Shown piece after piece: positions 1-8,191 of a stretch of 58,204 nucleotides of DNA. This DNA is from a bacterium (GTDB taxonomy: Bacteria > Zhuqueibacterota > Zhuqueibacteria > Oceanimicrobiales > Oceanimicrobiaceae), in assembly GCA_046757165.1 (NCBI GenBank), contig JBHHXT010000009.1, positions 1 through 58,204 on the forward strand. Reading direction: 5' to 3'. The first letter of the stretch is position 1, and each line of letters begins with the position of its first letter. Position numbers and translations under genes: made by a program. Under the pieces are notes generated by a model. That model saw nothing but the letters and a program-made list of their open reading frames with translations. It was not told where the DNA came from and made no database searches.

Positions 1-68
1 ACAAGCTGAAGCTTGAACACCGGCCGCCCCCCGCAACCTTGCGAAGGTTTCAAACCTTCGCAAGGTTC
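1..68. repeat. REP-like element (CAAGCTGAAGCTTGAAC hairpin) followed by AACCTTGCGAAGGTT/AACCTTCGCAAGGTT inverted repeat
   Basis: First motif recurs at 1169, 1322, 1475 and 39618; the inverted repeat recurs at 1513-1540. Confidence 0.75.
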
Positions 69-693
69 TTGATGGCACAGGAGGAAAAGAGCGAAAAAAA
101 GATCTTGTCGAATCAAACAACTCCTGAGCCTTGAGAAACCCACTAACCAAGGAGAGTTCCAACTGCGATGAGAGCAGGACGCGTCAGTACTTCTCTTATG
201 GCTAAAAGGGAGACTGTGAATTTGAGATTATCCAGAATTCAGTCAAGTTCACAGATCTCTTGTGCGCCTTGCGAATCACGAAGGTGGTGGCCGAGTTGCG
301 GCGCCGGCAGGTTTGTTGCGGGTTGAGAGCAAAATCGCAATCAGGGATAGCGATGCATTCATCCATCGCTTGTCCTATCATGTCACGATTCTGGGCAAAG
401 TGGTTGACTATGCCGCACCTCCTGTAGATTGAAGCTGAAGGCAGATCCTGCGCCTGCTACAGTTAGGCGCGGGATTTCTTTGTTAATCCGAAAATTCAAA
501 ATAATAGAAATAGTGGTCCTACACAGTCTGCGACTGTGTATACCTCCCGGATTTGACTCTGAATGGCTTACCATCGTAGTGCATAGTTAACAGGAAATGA
601 CCAACTGCATTCCTTTCAAGCTGAATTTTGTGAAATCCTTGTTTTGTCAAAAAGCTATCAAACACCAGAGTCTCGATATGCCAAATGAAAAAG

Positions 694-735
694 TTATCCA
701 CATATCCACAAAGAAAAAGAAATCTACTACTACTA
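694..735 (+). promoter_or_regulatory. Tandem DnaA boxes followed by DnaA-trio-like CTA repeats
   Basis: Perfect TTATCCACA (694-702), overlapping 1-mismatch ATATCCACA (702-710), then CTACTACTACTA (724-735), in an AT-rich non-coding region. Confidence 0.45.
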
Positions 736-818
736 ACTGTCAACCTTTTCTAGGACGGGACAGTTTTTTCGATTTTAGAGTTTTGGATTTCGAATTTCCG
801 GCTTGTCCGGCTTAGTCC

Positions 819-921
819 CTGAGTTGTAAAGCCTTGACGTTTTTTGGCAAGACTTTACAACTCAGGGCTGCTGATGACGCTATTATGTAAGTTACAGCGA
901 TAATTTTTTTCTAAACTTTTC
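819..921. repeat. 103-bp dispersed hairpin-containing element, copy 1
   Basis: Near-identical to 13214-13316; long stem CTGAGTTGTAAAG...CTTTACAACTCAG. Confidence 0.85.
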
Positions 922-944
922 CTACTAACAAAAAAGTAACTTTT

Positions 945-1016
945 ATGAATAGTGTAGAATACAAAACAACGCTTGACTTGTTTTTGGATGCTCTGGGAGG
1001 GAAATGGAAGCTTCTT
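945..1016 (+). pseudogene. Truncated HxlR-family winged-helix regulator (N-terminal fragment)
   Basis: MNSVEYKTTLDLFLDALGGKWKLL carries the HxlR 'LD-x-GGKWK-LI' motif; similarity ends where a REP-like hairpin starts (~1015). Confidence 0.5.
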
Positions 1017-1579
1017 CGGTGTTCACGCTTTAGCGTGCTATCATTACGCAACTTACAGTCGAAGGATAAAAACCGGACTTTGCGCTGCCAAATAGCTCTT
1101 CGCGCTCGAGAGACGTTCACGCCAGGCGTGGTTTTGGATCATCGCAACCGGACGGCCCAACCGCCCCACAAGCTGAAGCTTGAACACCGGCCACCCTCCC
1201 CCGCAACCTTGCAAGGATGAAAACCGGGCTCTGCTCTGTCAAATGGTTCTTCACACTTGAGAGATGTTTCACGAGAGACGTGGTTTTGGATCTGAGTAAA
1301 CTGGGTGGCCCAACCGCCCCACAAGCTGAAGCTTGAACACCGGCCACCCTCCCCCGCAACCTTGCAAGGATGAAAACCGGGCTCTGCTCTGTCAAATGGT
1401 TCTTCACACTTGAGAGATGTTTCACGAGAGACGTGGTTTTGGATCTGAGTAAACTGGGTGGCCCCACCGCCCCGCAAGCTGAAGCTTGAACACCGGCCGG
1501 CCACCCCAGTAGCCTTGCGAAGGTTCGAATCTTCGCAAGGTTTGGGATCAGTTCGGTGTTCACGCTTTAGCGTGCTATC
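1015..1579. repeat. Tandem REP-like array (153-bp period, ~2.3 units) bracketed by 28-bp direct repeats
   Basis: (A/G)CAAGCTGAAGCTTGAACACCGGCC at 1168, 1321 and 1474; TTCGGTGTTCACGCTTTAGCGTGCTATC at 1015-1042 and 1552-1579. Confidence 0.9.
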
Positions 1580-1656
1580 GAAAGGCCACTTACCGCCTGA
1601 AGACTGAACTCCGAATTTTACCGTTTGAAGAATCCACGGTTCCGAAAACGCCCACG

Positions 1657-2430
1657 AGCAACTCACATCCCGCTCCTCATCTCCATTGGCTGCGCAATCA
1701 ACCAAAGGCTGAACACCGAGAACAGAACCATCAAACCAATCATGGGAATTTGACTTTTCATGGCCGCTCTGCGGGTTTTGAAAATGCGGCTGGCGTGCTG
1801 ATGCGCGATCAGAATGCCAAAGACGTGACCAACGATGACCAGGCCGGCCTGCAGGTACCAGACCGTTTGTAACGACAGCAGCGGCTCGGGCTGCCAGGCG
1901 GCCGTGTCGAACAGATTCCACCCGTAACCAAAAGGATCGGAGACCAGCGCCACCAGCTTCTGACTCTCCATAAAAAAGTGCTCAATATTGTGCGCGATGT
2001 GGTAGAACAGAGCGATAGGAATCAGCGCATAAGCGTACTTGACAAACAAATGGCCGACTTTCTGGAGTCCCTCCCCGGCCAGAAATCCCGACACCCGGAC
2101 GCAGAGCGCGTAGATGAGAACCGGCAAGAGCAGGCAAATCGCCATCCCGATCGAGAAGGCTGCGATTTGGCTGACGGACAGCTCGATTTGCAGGGTGTGC
2201 ACGATGCGCTTCCAGGTCGGCGTCATGGTCAGGCCGTGGAAGGCCGTGAGGGCAAACAAGATGAGCGCCAGGTACGCTTCATCTTTGCGCGGTTTCGGCG
2301 TGTCCGCCAGGTCGGCGGCAAAGGGGCGCAGGTTGAAGGCGACGTTGTCATGGGGACAGGTGCGGAAACACTCGGCGCACATGATGCAGTAGGTGTTGGT
2401 CGTCATGGTCTTCAGGCACTGGCCCGTCGG
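1657..2430. repeat. 774-bp direct duplication of 3290-4063
   Basis: No differences seen on reading; ORF translations of the two copies are identical; offset 1633. Confidence 0.95.
1663..2430 (-). pseudogene. 5'-truncated duplicate of the FeS membrane protein gene at 3296-4831
   Basis: ORF 1663-2406 equals the last 247 aa of the 511-aa protein; N-terminal half missing. Confidence 0.85.
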
Positions 2431-2565
2431 TGAGCACGCCGTTGCTTGGGATGGCCGGGATTAGCAAGGGGCGCCGGTGGCCAGTGAAATTTATGTGTCC
2501 CCGCTCGTCACAAAAGACTTTACAATAATCCGGAAAATGCTTTTATTGAGATAGGGAGATAGCAA

Positions 2566-3085
<520 letters not shown>

Positions 3086-3295
3086 AATAACAAATCGACG
3101 GCGGCCACTGACTGCGGCCCAACCATTTTTTCCGACTCCATGGGAATTTCGTCTCTCAAGTTTACATCCAAAGCATCCACAATGTCAAATATTTTTCCGC
3201 AAAGGTAACACTTACAGCTCTACGCAGTGCTGGTGCACGGCGACAGCACCCTTGTGCTTTAGTTAGCTCCTCTCGGAAGCGTGCCGACCAGCAAC

Positions 3296-4831
3296 TCACA
3301 TCCCGCTCCTCATCTCCATTGGCTGCGCAATCAACCAAAGGCTGAACACCGAGAACAGAACCATCAAACCAATCATGGGAATTTGACTTTTCATGGCCGC
3401 TCTGCGGGTTTTGAAAATGCGGCTGGCGTGCTGATGCGCGATCAGAATGCCAAAGACGTGACCAACGATGACCAGGCCGGCCTGCAGGTACCAGACCGTT
3501 TGTAACGACAGCAGCGGCTCGGGCTGCCAGGCGGCCGTGTCGAACAGATTCCACCCGTAACCAAAAGGATCGGAGACCAGCGCCACCAGCTTCTGACTCT
3601 CCATAAAAAAGTGCTCAATATTGTGCGCGATGTGGTAGAACAGAGCGATAGGAATCAGCGCATAAGCGTACTTGACAAACAAATGGCCGACTTTCTGGAG
3701 TCCCTCCCCGGCCAGAAATCCCGACACCCGGACGCAGAGCGCGTAGATGAGAACCGGCAAGAGCAGGCAAATCGCCATCCCGATCGAGAAGGCTGCGATT
3801 TGGCTGACGGACAGCTCGATTTGCAGGGTGTGCACGATGCGCTTCCAGGTCGGCGTCATGGTCAGGCCGTGGAAGGCCGTGAGGGCAAACAAGATGAGCG
3901 CCAGGTACGCTTCATCTTTGCGCGGTTTCGGCGTGTCCGCCAGGTCGGCGGCAAAGGGGCGCAGGTTGAAGGCGACGTTGTCATGGGGACAGGTGCGGAA
4001 ACACTCGGCGCACATGATGCAGTAGGTGTTGGTCGTCATGGTCTTCAGGCACTGGCCCGTCGGGCACGGATAACCTGTGCCATTGCCGGTCAAGCAATCG
4101 AGGGTTTTGCACCTGCGGCAAACGTCCGCATCTTTGCTGCGAATCTCGACCGGCGAAAACATGGCGTACAGGCCGCTCACCCGGCCGATCAGGCAGCCGT
4201 ACCGGCAAAAGGATTTCTTCTCGAACAGCAGGCCCGGGACAAAGACGAGACCGAACATGATGAGTCCCAGCGTGGCGGTCGCCTCCGGGCTGAGGGTGAT
4301 GTGGTAGCCCAGCTCCAGCCACGTCAGCAAGACGAACAGGAGGATCGCCAGGGTGATATTCCTGAGCCAGCGCGGCCACTTCCAGCCCAGGTTGATGCCC
4401 TCTTTCTGAACCTTGACGAAAGAGAGTCGCGTCAGCCAGTTGGTGAGCGCATCCCAGGGACAGGCGTAGCACCACATCTTGCCGAAAAACAGAATGACGA
4501 AAATAAGGCCGATCCACCAGATGTTCCAGGTGAGCGTGGGCGCGATGTTTTTGCCCGGGTGTTGGTGGCCGTAGAAGCCGGCGAAAAGAATGACCAGGAA
4601 CAGGAAGACCACAAAGAGCTGAAAAGCGGCCTGAATCCCTCTCGACTTAAAGAAGGCTTTGACGGCGCGGATTCGGCTCAGCTCGAACGTCTTGCCGGTT
4701 AGATCCCTGGTCTCTTTGCGCTGGAAGAATTCGAGCGCGGCGACCGAAAAGAGCATGACAAACACGATGGACGAATAGTACAACCACTCAGGGATCCCTG
4801 CCATGCTCATGCCACTCAAACTGAAGTTCAT
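3296..4831 (-). CDS. Polytopic 4Fe-4S membrane protein (NapH/CcoG/FesM-like)
   Basis: Many TM helices; WCYACP and FCRYGC motifs, CRRCKTLDC, CIMCAECFRTCP. Confidence 0.8.
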   Translation of the reverse strand: MNFSLSGMSMAGIPEWLYYSSIVFVMLFSVAALEFFQRKETRDLTGKTFELSRIRAVKAFFKSRGIQAAFQLFVVFLFLVILFAGFYGHQHPGKNIAPTLTWNIWWIGLIFVILFFGKMWCYACPWDALTNWLTRLSFVKVQKEGINLGWKWPRWLRNITLAILLFVLLTWLELGYHITLSPEATATLGLIMFGLVFVPGLLFEKKSFCRYGCLIGRVSGLYAMFSPVEIRSKDADVCRRCKTLDCLTGNGTGYPCPTGQCLKTMTTNTYCIMCAECFRTCPHDNVAFNLRPFAADLADTPKPRKDEAYLALILFALTAFHGLTMTPTWKRIVHTLQIELSVSQIAAFSIGMAICLLLPVLIYALCVRVSGFLAGEGLQKVGHLFVKYAYALIPIALFYHIAHNIEHFFMESQKLVALVSDPFGYGWNLFDTAAWQPEPLLSLQTVWYLQAGLVIVGHVFGILIAHQHASRIFKTRRAAMKSQIPMIGLMVLFSVFSLWLIAQPMEMRSGM

Positions 4832-4888
4832 AGGCTTTTCACATCCCGGACTGGTTTATTCCCGGCGGGCGGAAGGTGGGCAGAATAT

Positions 4889-5473
4889 TCAAGTTCTTGC
4901 CGGCAGCACTCTTATGGCATTCCCGGGTGCCGGACAGAAAAACTCACAGATGCCGCAGCCTGTGCATGCCTCTTCGCACACCCTCGGTTTGTTATTCTCC
5001 ATCACGATCGCCTGGCCTTTGCGCGGACAGCGGTCGTAGCAGTAGTCGCACCTGTCCGCCTGGCTGTTCCAGGCGAAGCATTTGTTTTGAATCACATGGG
5101 CTGTGCCCAACTTGATTTTCTCCACCGGCTGCAGGGCGCCTTCAGTACACGCCAGGATGCAGGGCGTGTCCGGGCACAAATAGCAGGGCGCTTTGTCGGG
5201 CACGAGGGTTGGCGTGTCCACCCCGGCGCCGCACCTGGCTCCGGCCCGGACCAGGGCGTTGTGCGGGCACGCCTCGATACAAAGGTCACAGCGGGTACAT
5301 GTTGCCAGAAAGGACAGCTCATCGATGGCGCCGGGCGGGCGTAAAAGCGGCACAACCATTTTGGCGGCACGCGCCTCGACCTGGTCGTCCAGGACCCGGG
5401 CGGTGAACTCGAGGAACGATCTCAAACCACCGCGCAGGAATTCGGAGCGGGTCATGGGTTCATTTTGCTTCAT
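4889..5473 (-). CDS. NapG/MauM/NapF-type polyferredoxin (four FeS motifs), probably cytoplasmic
   Basis: LRPPGA..E..F..CTRCDLCIEACP plus three more Cys clusters; degenerate twin-arginine motif (TRSEFL) with no hydrophobic signal. Confidence 0.8.
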   Translation of the reverse strand: MKQNEPMTRSEFLRGGLRSFLEFTARVLDDQVEARAAKMVVPLLRPPGAIDELSFLATCTRCDLCIEACPHNALVRAGARCGAGVDTPTLVPDKAPCYLCPDTPCILACTEGALQPVEKIKLGTAHVIQNKCFAWNSQADRCDYCYDRCPRKGQAIVMENNKPRVCEEACTGCGICEFFCPAPGNAIRVLPART

Positions 5474-5482
5474 ATCGATCTC

Positions 5483-6064
5483 TCAAACTTCATTTGCCGC
5501 TTCTGAAACCGCCCGTTGTCTTTTCTTCGTCAATCCGACGCTGACAAAAATCAACAGAAAAACGGCGCCGAAAAAGACCGGAATCAGATTGAAGTTTGTC
5601 TTTCCGATGACGACAGGAAAAGGTATTTTCTCGATAAAATCTGGTCGTGGCTCGAAGGTCACGTTGACGTAGTACTTTTCTGCGGCGGGAAATTCGGTGC
5701 TCATCTTGTACTCGTTGTATTCCGAGGTGACTTTTCGCGAAGGCAGGATTTGCTGCTCCCCCCCCAGGAAGGTCTCCTGACTGACCGACATCTCGATGGG
5801 GCGGGTGTACACCTCGCCGGTTTGCTTGTGCCTGATGTACGTCTTGATGCGCACGGTCTGCCCCGGCAGCGGATTGCCGGGAAAAATAGAAAAGGTCACG
5901 AGGTACCCTTCCGCATCTGCTTCGACAACCAGGGTCGGGATTTGCGGGTAATCTTTCGAGTACAGGTAGTGCGGCAGGCCCAGTTGATGGTGGGAAAACC
6001 CGTTGGTCGTCAGCAGCAACAAAAGCCAGGCCACGGCGATGATCTCGTTTATTGGTTTCATCAT
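5483..6064 (-). CDS. Hypothetical exported protein with C-terminal membrane anchor
   Basis: Signal peptide, HHQLGLPHY after predicted cleavage, beta-rich core, C-terminal TM helix; operonic position. Confidence 0.7.
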   Translation of the reverse strand: MMKPINEIIAVAWLLLLLTTNGFSHHQLGLPHYLYSKDYPQIPTLVVEADAEGYLVTFSIFPGNPLPGQTVRIKTYIRHKQTGEVYTRPIEMSVSQETFLGGEQQILPSRKVTSEYNEYKMSTEFPAAEKYYVNVTFEPRPDFIEKIPFPVVIGKTNFNLIPVFFGAVFLLIFVSVGLTKKRQRAVSEAANEV

Positions 6065-6163
6065 TTCTTACGCCCTTGTTGCGTTTCCCCGGAAATGCGA
6101 CCCACAAGGGGTCTGGGCTACAAAATCAAATTCCTGGAAAAAAGAACCCATAAAAAGCAACGA

Positions 6164-6304
6164 TTGAGCTTCGCTCAGTCATTTGTTGTCATTTGCCCCG
6201 CGGGGCGTCATTTGGTCCTTGCTTGCTCAATGACGCCCGCAGGGCAAATGACGGCGCGAAGCGCTAATGACTTTTTTCGCAGCGAAGTCTGCAAAACAAA
6301 TTAG
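6164..6304. repeat. ~140-bp palindromic MITE/REP-like element, copy 1
   Basis: Diverged inverted copy at 25151-25289; internal GTCATTTG/CAAATGAC repeats. Confidence 0.8.
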
Positions 6305-6309
6305 ACAGA

Positions 6310-7218
6310 CTACATGGGCATGGCCTCTATAGCTCCTGACTTCCCGTAAGTATAGCTGAGCGCCCCCGGCTGACAGACCGAGATACACAAGCCACACTGG
6401 TCACATTCGGCCGTAAGCTCGCGCGTCATCGGTTTCAAGTCATAGGGACAAACCGGCACACAGTCACCGCACTGGTCACAGAGGGGCTCATTTCGTCTGA
6501 TCCTCAGCAATCGAAACCGGGAAAGCGCGGCGTAAACCGCGCCGCCCGGGCAAACATAGCGGCACCACCACCGCCTCGACAGGATCAGCTCCACAAAGCA
6601 GATCACCGCGATGAGCAGCAAGCCGTGGCTGAAAAAGCCGTCGTAAATCTTGTACAAGATCTCCCGGCTGATGACCGCCGGCGGATAGATGAGCGCCAGG
6701 AGTGGCCTGCCACTGACGAACGCCGCCCCCAGGCCGAGCAGCAGAACAACTGTTTTGGTGGAGGGCTTGAACCTGACATCTCGCGTATTGTACCCCACCC
6801 GCTCCAGCAGCCTGCGCAGTTTGTCGTTGATTTCGAGCACCAGGTTCATCGGACAAATCCAGCCACAGTAGACCCGGCCCAGAACCAGCGTGACACTGAC
6901 CGGGATCACGGCAGAAAGCAGCATCGGCAGATAGAAATACAGGGCGATGGTGGTCGATTCCAGCACCGCCAGGGGATCGCTGATCTTGACACCCAGGATA
7001 TCGATGCTCCACACCGACCCTTTGACCTTGTGAGTGGCTTCGACGACACGGCTACGTTCCTCGCCGGTGAACACCCCATGTATCAAGGAGAGTTCTCGCG
7101 CCTGTGTGATGGCAGAGTCGTCTTTTTGCTCGATCTTGATGCCGTAATAGTTGACGAGCGGGATGAGAAGCAGAAGAAGGAAAACCCCAATTTGACCTGT
7201 CCGTCGTATGATTTGCAT
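6310..7218 (-). CDS. napH: NapH/MauN-type quinol dehydrogenase membrane subunit
   Basis: GRVYCGWICP and WCRYVCP motifs, two C-terminal CxxCxxCxxxC, TM helices; follows napG. Confidence 0.8.
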   Translation of the reverse strand: MQIIRRTGQIGVFLLLLLIPLVNYYGIKIEQKDDSAITQARELSLIHGVFTGEERSRVVEATHKVKGSVWSIDILGVKISDPLAVLESTTIALYFYLPMLLSAVIPVSVTLVLGRVYCGWICPMNLVLEINDKLRRLLERVGYNTRDVRFKPSTKTVVLLLGLGAAFVSGRPLLALIYPPAVISREILYKIYDGFFSHGLLLIAVICFVELILSRRWWCRYVCPGGAVYAALSRFRLLRIRRNEPLCDQCGDCVPVCPYDLKPMTRELTAECDQCGLCISVCQPGALSYTYGKSGAIEAMPM

Positions 7219-7346
7219 TCTGATTCCGTCCGACCTGTATCATGCTCATAAAGGTGCCCCGGCGTATGCCTACGCCGGGGTTTGTATAAGGAGGTAGAGC
7301 TAGAAACAGCCGATGTTGTTTGTTTCCCAAAATACGCGGTTGACCG

Positions 7347-7991
7347 TTAGGAAATAGCCTGCCGCCGACCTCTCCGGTACTCCTCCACGGGAATGATTTT
7401 GATCGCCTGCGGATAGTGGTAGCAGATTCGCTCACACAAGCCGCAGCCCACACAGTTTTCCTGTACCAGAATGGGCGTTTCCCACAAGCCGATTTTGAGC
7501 GCCTCGTCCTGCAGCGGGCAGGCGCGGTAGCAAACTCCGCAGACACGGTCGTTATAGGAATAGCAGAGATTGGTGTCCAGCACTGCCACGCCCATCGTCA
7601 CATGCTGGCGGATGGAAGCCAGATCGTCCGCGAGCGGCTGCAGCGCGCCGGAGGGGCAAACATTGTTGCACTTCATGCACAGGATGCACCCCTGTTCCCG
7701 CGGCACGATGTAAGGCGAGCCCGAGTTCTGCCCGGAGCCGATGCTGAAAAAGCGAATGCACTGGTTCGGACAAACCTCACCGCACAGGCCACAGCGGATG
7801 CACTTGCGCAGGAAATCGTTCTCCGCCAGCGCCCCAGGCGGTCGCAAGAATCTGAAGCGGCCACCGGTGGGAACCCATTTGAACAAAGAGAAGAAGATGA
7901 CGCCGACCCCCAGCAGCAAGTATTTCAGCGTCTCGCGGCGGCTTCTTCTGCTCTGAATGGTACGGGTGATTTTCTTCAACAGATCTTGCAT
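7347..7991 (-). CDS. napG: NapG/MauM-type periplasmic polyferredoxin
   Basis: Tat-like SRRETLK plus hydrophobic segment; LRPPGALAENDFLRKCIRCGLCGEVCP; four FeS motifs; ATG 7991 preferred. Confidence 0.8.
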   Translation of the reverse strand: MQDLLKKITRTIQSRRSRRETLKYLLLGVGVIFFSLFKWVPTGGRFRFLRPPGALAENDFLRKCIRCGLCGEVCPNQCIRFFSIGSGQNSGSPYIVPREQGCILCMKCNNVCPSGALQPLADDLASIRQHVTMGVAVLDTNLCYSYNDRVCGVCYRACPLQDEALKIGLWETPILVQENCVGCGLCERICYHYPQAIKIIPVEEYRRGRRQAIS

Positions 7992-8102
7992 GCTCAGCCT
8001 AACGACTTGCCACGGATTTACACGGCAAAACACGGATTTTTGAAATATAATGTCCCTAAGCTGGATAATTCATGAAATTCTCCCAGCCAGGGCCAGCACG
8101 TA

Positions 8103-8152
8103 AGGAGTGAGATGCTTTAGCATTTCATGCAACGCTAAAGCGTTGCACTCCT
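8103..8152. repeat. Inverted REP-like doublet between napA and napG
   Basis: AGGAGTG...CACTCCT enclosing two hairpins with CTTTAG/CTAAAG loops, like the family at 1021. Confidence 0.6.
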
Positions 8153-8191
8153 CTTTATTCCGTTAAGTTATTCCATCCAGGCGCAACAAGG

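Noticed and set aside
1129..1500. CRISPR array
   Set aside because: The sequence between the repeated hairpins is itself repeated (153-bp unit) rather than unique spacers, and no cas genes are present
1117..1921. ORFs 1117-1563 and 1139-1921 as genes
   Set aside because: They are read-throughs of a tandem repeat whose period is a multiple of 3 and of an alternative frame of the duplicated gene
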